Position numbers and translations under genes: made by a program. The notes beneath the pieces were generated by a model. The model saw only the letters and a list, made by a program, of their open reading frames with translations. It searched no databases and had not been told where the DNA came from. A DNA stretch of 64,000 bases from Octopus sinensis. Its lineage: Eukaryota. The stretch's first letter is position 1. Each line of letters opens with the position of its first letter. Positions 30,366 through 42,479 of this stretch are shown here, piece after piece. The stretch is taken from positions 39,804,001 through 39,868,000 of the forward strand of contig NC_043013.1 of assembly GCF_006345805.1 (NCBI RefSeq), written 5' to 3'.

Positions 30366-30451
30366 GGATAATGTGGTACCTGCAGGTTTCAGGTTTTGCA
30401 AGATATGTCTCTCACCCATATTTGCTTTACCTTCTTCAGCCAAACATATAC
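30366..30451 (-). ncRNA. Type I hammerhead ribozyme, array copy 2
   Basis: UAUGUUUGG-CUGAAGA-AGGU AAA GCAA AUAUG(GGUGAGAGA)CAUAU C UUGC AAA ACCU-GAA-ACCUGCAGGU-A-CCACAU. The canonical core is complete and all three stems pair. Confidence 0.88.
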
Positions 30452-30728
30452 CAAGACGAAACTACGATGTTACCACATAAATACTAACACACTCGACTGA
30501 AATACGGAACGCTAACAGTACGAGAAAGGTGGTGAAGAGTTTCAAAATATCAGTAATGCAATACAAAGTATTGCCTTCCAGTAAAAAGTAGCCGTGAGGG
30601 AAAAATACACAAATTAGTAAATAAATGGCACAACATAAATGAGGGTGAAAATTAGATATAATTTAATAATACCGTCAGTTTAACACCAAGTGGCCTACCA
30701 CATAGAAACCAGGGAGACAGTACAAATT

Positions 30729-30794
<66 letters not shown>

Positions 30795-30861
30795 GCATAC
30801 ACATATACATATATACATGCATACATACATACATACATACATACATACATACATACATACA

Positions 30862-30893
<32 letters not shown>

Positions 30894-30964
30894 CATACTT
30901 AAGTATTTCTGCACACCGAACTCGAACCTATTTCATTTTATGAGAGGATATGTTGACATCATAG

Positions 30965-31003
<39 letters not shown>

Positions 31004-31265
31004 CGACGACGACGACAGTGGTGGCGGTGGTAGTGGCAGTGTCGGTTGTGTTGTCAAAAAAGACGTATATTTTCCTGAGAATTATTTTTTTTTTTTACTA
31101 TTGTAACTGTTGTTGTCATTGTTTCCAGTGTTGTTCTGTTTTGTTTTTTTTTTTTGTCCGAATACACCCTTCACATCCGAAAGCTAGTGTCTTTGATTGT
31201 TTTCTTTACATATTTGTGTAATAAAAACAATCGCCGTACAGCTCAAACTGTAGATGAGATGACCA

Positions 31266-31294
31266 CCGGAAGTAGATACTCGAAAAATGGCGGC
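31266..31294 (+). promoter_or_regulatory. Candidate ETS (CCGGAAGT) + YY1 (AAAATGGCGGC) motif pair
   Basis: Exact motif matches 10 bp apart in non-repetitive sequence. No linked gene found. Confidence 0.25.
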
Positions 31295-32880
31295 ATGAAC
31301 TATAAATTAATTTCTTGTACAGGCTCCAGGCTATAGATATATCTTTGTATGATGTTCTGGAAAACGTTAGCAATGTCTCTCATCTTGTCTGTAATGTCTA
31401 TGATCATAGTTCTACTCAGTCAAAGATAGTCTAGGGCCAAATAAAGACAAGTATAGGCGTCGAAATGACAGTGTCAGCTAAAGCTGCAGACGACAGGCGC
31501 GAAGATTATATATTACAGCTTTTAGCGTTCTGATTTCAAATCCAGTCAAAGTCATCAGCTTTGTTGTTGTTTTTTTGTTGTACTGTAGATTGATAAAATA
31601 ATACACCAGTCGATGATTGTGGCCTAACAGAACCATTAGGACATCGATAATGTATTTTGCAATATTAATTCCGACTCTGCGTTGTTCTGGGTTCAAATTC
31701 TGCCGAGGTCAGCTTTGCTTTTTATAAAGTACCATCTGAAGACTGAACGCAAACAGAATCGCTAGATCGTCAGGCGACATACTTTGTGATATTTATTCCC
31801 TTCAGAGTCGAAATCTGCCGCGGCCTGCTGAAGTGGTTGTCTCTCCTTGGCTCGGTTTAACACCCGGAACAGTCCCTTAGGTGCCTTTAGAAGAAAAACA
31901 GAGAATTCTTTTCTATTAGAGACATTCGGATCAGGTCACCAGCTAGAGGATAACTCATCCCCCTCCTCTTTGCTGCCAGTCTTAAAGGCTCTGAAAAAGG
32001 TCAGGAGCAGTGACCGTTTTCCCTACTAAGCAATAAAGTAAAACCAATTATATGAATGTTGCAGCTACAAGAAATATTTTCTGCATGGCTATACAGTTTC
32101 CCAATCGATCATATATTATTTGGCACTATCCAACCATTGTAGAAAACAAAACAAATAAACAAAAATCTATCAACGATACGTAAATCAACTACGCGACCAC
32201 CATTAAACTAATTGTGGACAGAATGGCGTTAGTGTTTGGTGACGTCACGGGTGCACAGTCATGTGATCGTTAATATTTACCTCAAATTCTTGTCTTCCTT
32301 GTTTTGAATAATTTCCGGGAAATGTATTGTTTGTATAAAGATGGTATGATGAAAGACATTGATCTTCGATTTGGATAACCTGACCGGATGTAAATCATGT
32401 TTCCAATATGACACACGTCTGAAGTTTTGATGTATTTCACTAAAACAAAGCAGACGATGTCTGCCTCATCCTCATTGAGATATGTCTTCCATATTGAATT
32501 GCCGATATCTGATACAACTTTTATTGGACCTGCGTAAGGACCACTGAATAAATATATTCAAACAAGCCGGATGTTTATATGTATATGTATAAACATATTC
32601 ATGTATATATATATATACTCGTATATACACACACATATATACGTAAATATAAAATGCACACACACACACATATATATATATACATAATTGCGTGTTTATG
32701 TATTTATGCATGTCTATATGAATATATACATGCAAATACATGTACATGTCTACGTATGTATGCATGTATATATATATATATATAGACAGCATTTTTTATC
32801 ATATACATGAACATAGTTTATGCAAATTATATTTCCAATTGTTTATAGACGTAGTAAATATAATTTGCATAGAAAACGTT

Positions 32881-32930
<50 letters not shown>

Positions 32931-33025
32931 CATATGTATATATATGTATATCTATCTATATATGTAAATATATATTTATGTGCATACTTACATGTACATA
33001 CTTACATCTATACGTACATATATAT

Positions 33026-33063
<38 letters not shown>

Positions 33064-33069
33064 GGCACA

Positions 33070-34183
33070 GAACGTCACGATACGTGTACAACAAAGAAGT
33101 ACGAAGCACGTGTACATGGAACATGAACTATTCTTTCGAACAACGAAAGATACAAATGGAAAACAAAGCAAACATAAAGAATTTCAAGAGACTGGTTCCA
33201 CTGCCGATCGACTTGGACATGGCCAAAGAAGAGGTGTTCGGACCACTCAGCTTTTCGAAAATACCAGAGAAAAGATACGGCGAAATCCTCGTCGTCCCGT
33301 CAGAAAGCTGGTTTCCACAGCAAGAATAAGCCGAACATTGATGTATCGATTACTGAAGGAGGATCTCGGGATCCGCTCCTACAAGACGATCTGCTATCAT
33401 GAGCTCTCGCAAGATTGTAAGGCCCTGTAGCTGAGAGAAGTCGTCTTATCCTGCGTCATATTGCTAAAGGGACGCTACCCAACCTGGTGTTCACTGATGA
33501 AAAGAAATTTGACATCGAACAGAACGTAAACCAGAATGACTGACTTTGGAATGTATCTGGTTCCGTCGGGGATAGACTCGTAAATCGACATCAAAATCCA
33601 CAATCAGTAATGGTTCAGGCGACTGCGACAGCCACTGGAAGGTTCCCCTCATTCTTGTACCCTCCGTTGTTAAAATTAACACACAGCGATACATTAGCGA
33701 CATTCTGGAAGCTGAAATACTTCCATGGGTGAATGAGCACTTTCAAGGCGCTGCCTTGGAGTCTCCAGCAAAGACTCGGCACCATCCCACAGCTCCAAAC
33801 AGACACAACACCGGATTCAGAATAACATTCTATCGTTCATAGGCAAGGATGTATGGCCCCCAAGAAGCCCCTATCTCAACCCGTTCGATTTTTTCCTTTG
33901 ATCCATTTTGGAAACGGGAGTCACGCGCACTCTTCATGCTTCGCTCAACGCTCTGAAGGCAAAACTGCTCCAGAAATGGGCTTCGATTCCACAAGGACAG
34001 CTGCGTGCCGCATGTGAAGCATTCGCACCTAGAAAGAGTGGTGGTCATATCGAATAAATGTGGGAGCGTCGTAATTATGTTTCCTTTACCATTGTGTTTC
34101 AATGCTGCTCGGATCCGAAATATAATATTTTGCTTTGGCAAAATTGAATAAAATTGTTTGCCTTAATTTTGGGACTCCATGTA
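33070..34183 (+). mobile_element. Decayed maT/DD37D-like Tc1/mariner transposase
   Basis: [59 protein letters not shown]. Contains stops and frameshifts. Confidence 0.85.
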
Positions 34184-34202
34184 TATATATGTATATATAT
34201 AT

Positions 34203-34262
<60 letters not shown>

Positions 34263-34468
34263 TATATAATTAGTGTACGTTTAAACAGGAAAGCGGTCAC
34301 CCTAAAAGGACACCTTACATGCTAGAAGGAACAGTCAAAATCTAAACCACGGTTAAATGTACACTAATTTTATATGAAAAATATGTCTATTGACTATTTT
34401 ATACACCCTAGACCACTGGAAGAAAACTTCTATAATTTTCCTACCTTGTATATATATACATACATACA

Positions 34469-34500
<32 letters not shown>

Positions 34501-34738
34501 CAGGGTTGGCCAAAAGTCACCTGACAGTAAATCAAAATTCCATAAATACTTTTTATTCAATTTTATTTATGAATGTTTAATAACTGAATGCTGTGAGTTA
34601 AAATCACTGTTTCTGTTGTGTTTTCTTTTTCAACATTCGTCTGTATATTAGCGACGTCTCATATAAAATAATTTTATGTTTTAATCTTGGAATTAAACGG
34701 GCTTCTATTTACTGTCAGGTGACTTTTGACCAACCCTG
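34501..34738. mobile_element. Tc1/mariner MITE, 238 bp
   Basis: 31-bp TIRs CAGGGTTGGCCAAAAGTCACCTGACAGTAAA (34501-34531 and 34708-34738) with 1 mismatch. TA on both sides. Confidence 0.95.
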
Positions 34739-35391
34739 TATATATAATCGACTAACCCAAACATTAAACCCGTTTAATATGGACAAAATCCAATAACTAA
34801 ATTTAATAAAAGAATGAAAGAACATTCCACAATATCAGATTGGGATTCAATCCCGAGACTAGCGTTTTCCAGCTTAGCTGAAACCACGCTGTCGGTTTAT
34901 ATAATAGAAAAACTAACGAAATTATACGACGTACGTTTAAAAACGTTGTGCATTCACATCTAAATCTGATTCCGGTTCTATTCTAATTCACTGCTTATTA
35001 ATCATACGCACTTCTGGTTTTCAAATATGCCTTGTTTACCTTTAATTTGTATTTATAGGAAGATAAATTGCAATTATAACATTCATTACATGGATCGCGT
35101 TAACAAATCTACCGGCATAATCAGTGTAGCGTTTATGTATTAATTAAATCTCAACTTTTGCGACCCTTTCACTTCAGCTACTGTGTGTAGATGTGTGCGT
35201 TTGTATGAGTGAGTGATTCATACATACATACATTAATATATGCATACATACATACACACACATGTACACACACATCAACACACACACACATACACACACA
35301 AACATTGATAGATTGATATTCATATACATATACATTTATGCGTGAATTTTTATAAGTATATAAATATATGTATAAATAAATAAATAAATAA

Positions 35392-35488
<97 letters not shown>

Positions 35489-35489
35489 G

Positions 35490-35546
<57 letters not shown>

Positions 35547-35577
35547 ATGTAATATGTGACAATTATTCGGTAGCCAT

Positions 35578-35638
35578 GATAAAATTCCGAGTTTCGGATG
35601 CCGAGGTGGAAATCCACGCCGCCATCTCTTGAGTTATC
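35578..35638 (-). ncRNA. Degenerate type I HHR, family 3
   Basis: GAUAA-CUCAAGA-long stem II-GAAACUCGGAAUU-UUAUC. Carries G5C and G16.2A changes, so probably inactive. Homologous to 54940-55000. Confidence 0.6.
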
Positions 35639-35969
35639 CGGCCCTCCTTCTATCTCTCACTGTCTGTGTGTATCGGCCAACGAGTCTCACGAATCACCTG
35701 TCCAGAGGAGTACTTTCTAGGTGCGAAAACTACGGTCACTCTCTGACTAACCATAACAAACAATCTTGACCCTTGACGTGCATGCATATATATATATAGG
35801 CGCATGAGTGGTTGTGTGGTAAGAAGGTTGCTTTCCAACCACATGATTCCGGGTTCAGTCCCACTGCGTGGCATCTTGGGCAAGTGTCTTCTACTATATC
35901 CTCGGGCTGACCAAAGGTTTGTGAGTGGATTCGATATATGGAAACTGAAAAAGCTCATCATTTATGTAT

Positions 35970-36024
<55 letters not shown>

Positions 36025-37889
36025 GATAGATAGATATATGTGTGTGTGTATCTGTGTTTGTTCCCCCAATATATATATGCATGTATGTGTATATGGATAT
36101 TTGTTTATATTTATATATATTAAATTGTACGTGTATCCTCTTTCATGTATTTATATATTGAAAGTTCTTTATAATCTCTGACAAGACCTATGGTTATATA
36201 TAAGTACCCCATTTTTAAATGCCTACAACCTCAATATAATTGACAACTATAGGCACTGAAAATCTACTTTTTTCCATAGACTGAAACAGATGTAAGAGTG
36301 ATTTTAATAATTTCAATCATTTATATTGAGATTTTTATAATTGTATTCTTATCTTATATGTATTGAATTATATATATATAAGGTTCTTGTTTTTGTTAAA
36401 TAAATATATAAGTCAACATTCTAATATCCTAAAGCTGATGAACCAACTAAATTGTTTCTCCATTTTCTTATTTGTATTATAAATTAATGGTAAAATATTT
36501 CTTTACCTTCACCCATTTAATACAATAAGTATGTTAATTGCATTGCAATTAAAAACACTTGTGTATTAAAAATTTGGGTATTATACCAACGGTATATTGG
36601 ATAAGTATTATGCCTTAGTAGGTTGGATCCACAACCCCTAACATACTTGGTGCTATATATATACAAAGACGATAAGAAATGGAGCAATAAACAGTGAGAA
36701 GTGGATTGTTGGTGTCATAAAGTCATTATTTAATGAAGATGAGAGTTTACAGCTGTTTCAGTACGTCAAGCTGGGGTAAATTTGCATTTACCGCGTTGTA
36801 ATTGACAGACATCATCGGAACGATTGTATGGCAAAGATAAATAGAAGGAAAATAGAAAGAAGATGTGATGAAAAGAAAGGAATAAAGGGAAAATTGTTCG
36901 TTAATTCAATAGTCTTACATTTTAGTGAAGTCCATGACTCAATATATCATTTGGAGGATAGAAGAGAAGAGAGTTAGTTAAATCCATTGTCTTATGATTA
37001 GTTAGTTTCATAATTCCACGTGTCCGGAGGTTCTAACATCTAGTACTAATGGCTAGTTGACCGCCGGTGTAATCTGAGGGAGTTATCGCTATTGGGGATA
37101 GTTGGTGTAGTTATTTGAACCTACGTGACACTAATTTATAGTTTGTAAATTAGTTCCTGTATTTTCAATGGAAGCCGTAGTATAAGACTAAAGTTATTAT
37201 TTAGAATATGTACGATATAGTGTATAAATGGGCTAAGTAAAGGAACATTAGAAGAGTGCTTAGAAAAACAATAAGAAACGCCGTAAAGCTAAGCGCTTTA
37301 TGGACGTGAAACCCAGGGTAACCCTATAGACCGGTCGTAACCATCTTTATTTAATTACCCTACTTACAGTATGCTGTTCTTTCGGATTTACTGACGATAT
37401 ATTAATCCTGCGATGGATCGGTGTCCTGTCCAGATGGGACATATATACACCATAAAACCAGGAAACCAGCCTTTATGAGTCAGTATGACTCGAGAAGGTA
37501 ACTTTACCTGTTATTTAAGGATCATACGGACCCCGGTTGAAATCCACTGATCTACGCAGTTTCACTCAGAAGGCTTGAGTTAACTCGAAACTATGGTAGA
37601 TGTCAGTTACCCCAGAAACCATATAAAATGACTGGATTTCATGATTGTGAGGCTTGAATATATGTTCTACATGTTTCGGTCATTTGAAAGCTGCCATGCT
37701 GGAGCAACGTCCTGAAGGGTTTACTTGAATAAATCAGGTCCAGTACTGACACTTATTTTCTAGGGTTCCTTTTTTTAATCGAATCTCTAAGTTATGGAGA
37801 CGTTAACAAAATTTTCAAGGCGGTCATGTTGGGTGGAGGGCAAACACCACGCATATAACAGTTGTCTGCATGTTTCTGTCCGGAAATCG

Positions 37890-37920
<31 letters not shown>

Positions 37921-38059
37921 ATAAGATATAATTCTTTATTCTATTTGGGAATGATGAAAGTAAACATCACTTCGGCTGTATTTGAAATGAGGGTGAAGAA
38001 AGCGGTTAGGAACGTTGCACAGCATTTATCTCGAACGAAATCTTTCGATCATACGCCCA

Positions 38060-38113
<54 letters not shown>

Positions 38114-38281
38114 AGCGTGTGTGTGTGTCTGTGTATTCAAACATAGATATATATAGCTACTTTCTATTATGTGTATGTAGTTATGTATTTAGGTAAATAT
38201 ATATGAGACATAATATATAAACACACATACACACCTACATATATATATATATATGCACACACACACCACACACACACACAC

Positions 38282-38325
<44 letters not shown>

Positions 38326-38892
38326 AGTTTATTTATGTGCACACATACATACACACTCACAAATATGCGCATTATACATACACAAACACACACATACACA
38401 TATGCAAAATGCATACATCTGTGTGTGTATATAATACATTCATTCTTTCATGTATAAACGCATAGACTAACGTATGAGTGTATGGCAGAACATACAGAAT
38501 GATTCAGTTCGTCTTTATTATATCAATTAATTTATCACATATGATACATCATCAATTAATCACATTTCCCTGAGCAATACAACGTACTGTTACGAACATT
38601 TCTATGCAATAAGATAACTACTCCGGCACCAATAAGTAATGACGAAGGCTATGGCTTCACTGTTGATGCCTACTGTAGAGAAATGCTGGTCGTTGTTTTC
38701 TTTGATTGCTGGTCCAACTATTTTCCTTAATCGCTCTATTTGACACGTAATGTGAATATTTCAGGTCTTAGCAGCATTGGTAATAATTAGATCCACACAT
38801 TTAGGCACCGTGCTGGCTCGCTATATCATGGTATCATCATATTGACCAGATTATCGGGTGATGTTATACATCGTTGATTACAATGCGCTTGA

Positions 38893-39316
38893 CATTGGTC
38901 TTGGTATATTGCAGAATGAATCTCATATATGTGACTCGCCGTGAGCACCTTCTTGGGCTTCGTTTCTAAATTACCGTGATATGGAGAGTTGGGCATGAGA
39001 GATATTGGCCTCCACTATCAGACGATAGCAAAGACCTTCACAATCATTGTGGTCCACAGGACCTCCAATTATATAGACCTTGTTTTCTTGAAGTTCATCT
39101 AAGACATTGTCTGATTCACTAGACAAATAAACAAGAGAGTTTTTGTCAAACAATTCGCTGTACTTTTCAGGAGGGAAGCTAACACCCAGTCTACTGTAGT
39201 CACCAATCTTGTCTAATCTTTCCTGGATCTTGCCACTGCATCCAGAAATGTAGAGCTGAAATGGGTTCTCAGCAAGTCGGTTCAGTGAGTAGCAGCTCTG
39301 TAATTAGCCTTCGAAT
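38893..39316 (-). pseudogene. TRMT10A: Intron-less TRMT10A/Trm10-like tRNA m1G9 methyltransferase retrocopy
   Basis: LQSCYSLNRLAENPFQLYISGC...LVYLSSESDNVLDELQENKVYIIGGPVDHN..GLCY......I.HAQL, then a stop/frameshift and KKVLTASHIYEI-ILQYTKTN. This is collinear with the Trm10 SPOUT domain motifs (LxYLxSxS, YxIGGLVDHN, HAQLP, KVLxxNH). Gene name comes from recalled motif similarity. Confidence 0.82.
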
Positions 39317-39650
39317 GATGCCACTCCGTGGGTTGGCGAGCAGGCCAGTATTCCTTTTGATTAGAAGACTATGCCGTTGCAGGGGCGACCCGTTTATAGC
39401 TGAGCGGACTGGTGTAACGTGCTCAAGAACACACCGCGCCACTCGGTTTGGGAAGCGACACCACGATCTGGCAATCATGAATGCAACACCCTAATGACTA
39501 GGACACAAACTTTCCCTGCCTCACTATATATTGTTTCAAATTTTGGCACAAGGCCAGCAGTTTTCGATTAGAAGTGTTAATCGATTGCATCGCCCCCAGA
39601 ATTTGACTGACACTATTTTATTGACTCCGAAAGATGAAAAGCTATTCTAC

Positions 39651-39796
<146 letters not shown>

Positions 39797-40009
39797 ACAG
39801 TTTTTCCAATTTTACACAAATAATTGTTATTTATGTTTACTAATTTAATTACCATAGATCTATTGATATTTGCACATGGGTTTACAAATATGAATCTTAA
39901 GAAATTGTGAACAGAAATATTAGTTTTGGTTTCTAAGACAAGGCGGCGAGTCTTGTAGCAGTTAACTGTAACCAAGGAAAGGGGAAAGGAGAACGTGCAA
40001 GAGAGGAAA

Positions 40010-40370
40010 ATAACTCAGTGTCAGAGACTGGAGAAGGATTGGCGCAAGAAATTTTTGGCAACTAGGTGTTTATCAGTGGAGGCTTGCATTGGAAGGCTCG
40101 CAACCCGTACCAGAGTAAGGCCTATGGAACCTTGAATATTACAGGAATGAGCAGAAGAACCGTCAAGGACAACGTAGAGGCAACTGAGAAGGACCTCGAT
40201 GGTTTTGGTGATTAGTGAAGTCAGTAGATTGATGCTTGGACACCGATTAAGCTTGTTCAGCCTAGATTGGATCATATGAATAAAGGTGCATACGACGCGA
40301 AACAACCAATAACCCCAGGATACAACACTGACGATGCACCCAAACACTGCATCTGTTGGATGTATGTTGA
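40010..40370 (+). mobile_element. 3' fragment of a HERO-like (RLE) non-LTR element
   Basis: AYGTLNITGMSRR...NVEATEK resembles the HERO C-terminus. The 3' UTR has GAAAC...ACCCCAGGATAC..CTGACGATG. Clade assignment is from recall. Confidence 0.55.
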
Positions 40371-41243
40371 CCTACAATGCAATCACGTTTTATACATGAG
40401 CCCTTTCGCCCCCACCAAGATATCAATAGACATTCTATTGTCAGGCTGCACGAATAAAGTTTGTGACTTAATATGCTTAATATAACTTTAACTGCTAATT
40501 AATACAAGCATAAACTTTACAAGAGGTGCACACATTTCTTGACATCATCTTTACTGAAAGGAGAATTTTGAATATTTCACAAAGTGATAAAATTAACGGA
40601 CACCTGGACAGCAAAGATATTTATGAAATTAGAAAGAGAAACATTTGAAGAAGCAATACAAAATTCAGTAGAAAGCATCTGCCATAATACCGTCTCTTCG
40701 AGGATGATGATATATGTCATAATTTTATTTAGACAATTTCAAATCTCTAACGAACCTGTTTTATTATTTTTAACCTTTGCAAATCTCTTGCTATTGAAAA
40801 TAAGAATAATAACGACTTGTTCTATTAATAGTTGAAAACGTTTTGCAATTAACAAATGTTGATACTATCTGACTCTTTCAATAATGGCTTCCTTTTCAAT
40901 TAAAGGTTGTTTTTCTTCGTGAGAAGTCAATATCCTTGAAAAATACGCTCTTAGGCAATTATTTTGCCGCAATATACCAGATATGACCACTTTAGAGTTA
41001 TCAGTTTGAAGTACAAATATTTCAGATTCATCAACTGTTCTTAAAGTTGCCTAAAGCACACAAGATTTCGGATTATTGGAATAACATTTTTTGTGATTCA
41101 GTTAAAGGGTAATGAGAAATTTTTGTGACTCTATGTTAGCTGAATAACATGGAATCAACCTGGAATAGAAGAACATTTTTGGCAATCTCTGAAGTGAATC
41201 ATCATCATCATCATCATCATCATTGTTATTATTATTATTATTA

Positions 41244-41278
<35 letters not shown>

Positions 41279-41499
41279 GTTATTATTATTATTTCTCTCT
41301 TTATAAAGCGACAAGCTGGCAGAATCGTTAGCGCGCCGGACAAAATTTTAGCGGTATTTCGCCTGTCGCTACGCTCTGAGTTCAAATTCCACCGAGGTCG
41401 ACTTTGCCTTTCCTCCTTTCGGGATCGATAAATTAAGTACCAGTGAAATAATGAGTTTGATGTAATCGACTATTCCCCCTACCTCCACCCTTGTGACTA

Positions 41500-42478
41500 T
41501 AGTAGAAAGGGTTATTATTTCTCTTTATCACAGGTTTTGTTGGACTTTCTGGAGTCTTGCATGCGTAGCGGGGCTTGCTACCTGCAGCCTACGGTACCAT
41601 ACTATCCGTTCTTTTCAGCTAATTAATTTTATATTCCTCTTGAAGCCTTCTAATACTGTTCCCAAGGATCCAACAATAATTGCCACTATCTTCAACTTCA
41701 TTTTTCATAACCGGGCTATTTCGTGCTTAAGAGGGTTATATTTATCTATCTTTTCGCCTTCCATCTTGATTATTCGTGGGTCGAAGGGGCATGCAACATC
41801 AATTATATAGCGTATGTGGTGCACCTTGTCCACCACTACTAGGTCCGTTCTGTTATGCTCTAGCACTCGATCTGTTTGGATTGGGAAGTCCCAGAGGATT
41901 TTGCTTCTCCCCGACTCCGCCACTCTCTGCGGTTTGTGGTCATACCACGTCATGCCTCTCTCTAGCCCCCCTTACTTTTCGCACAGTTTCCAATGTAGCA
42001 CTTCACTACCTGATCGTGATAGGGACAATGGTTTCATCCACTCTATTGCAGATGTGGCACAATGCAGACACTTGCTCATTCCTCAGATTCTCTCTCCAGT
42101 TCGTGGCCAAAGCTTGATCCTGCGCTGCCAGTATAGTGTTCTCGGCCTCTTTTTTAGAATTCCTTTCATCAGCAAATCCCACCTACTTTTTCCAGCAACT
42201 TCTGTTGTGGTTAGATGGAATTGATTGTGTAGTCCCTTCTTGCGTAATTCTTCTTCATGTCGTTTTTGTACTTCCTCCTTTGTTTTTCCTTATTTTCTCT
42301 GTTTTCATCACTCCGTCATTCCTAACTGTCACTAGCAAGGTTTCATTACTTCGGGTTAGGTATCTCTTAATGAGATTTCAGCAATGACATCAGAATAGAT
42401 TTTGGCCTTAATAAGCTTTCCTCTTACAAAAGCTGCTTCTTTGTAAGAGGAAAGCTCAAGCAAACAGCTTCCATTAAA
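41500..42478 (-). mobile_element. R4/Dong-clade LINE 3' fragment
   Basis: ENTILAAQDQALATN, ILWDFPIQTDR...HNRTDLVV, IDVACPFD, KIDKYNPL. Confidence 0.85.
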
Positions 42479-42479
42479 T

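Larger units (their letters stand above)
29751..30633 (-). repeat. Head-to-tail tandem array, ~2.05 units of ~430 bp, retrozyme-like
   Basis: The unit start CAAATTAGTAAATAAATGGCACAAC recurs at 29751, 30179 and 30610. Units are near-identical and each carries a minus-strand HHR. Confidence 0.95.

Noticed and set aside
29751-30633. CRISPR array interpretation of the tandem repeat
   Set aside because: The units are ~430 bp, fully repeated with no unique spacers, in a eukaryotic context with no cas genes.
36130-36900. GPCR-like reading (F..P..I..Y, PLIY) on the minus strand
   Set aside because: There are many stops, and hydrophobic runs are expected from AT-rich DNA.
37270-37330. Hairpin followed by GAAACCCAGGGTA (HHR stem II/III-like)
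   Set aside because: No CUGANGA core and no stem I partner upstream.
40285-40341. Type II HHR-like order (GAAAC...CTGACGA) in the HERO-like 3' UTR
   Set aside because: No stem III or NUH site. The GGTGCAT/ATGCACC pairing overlaps the would-be core, so it is an ordinary hairpin.
40800-41060. Minus-strand peptide ATLRTVDESEIFVLQTDN, faintly like a cNMP-binding motif
   Set aside because: The similarity is too short, it is bounded by stops, and there is no supporting exon structure.
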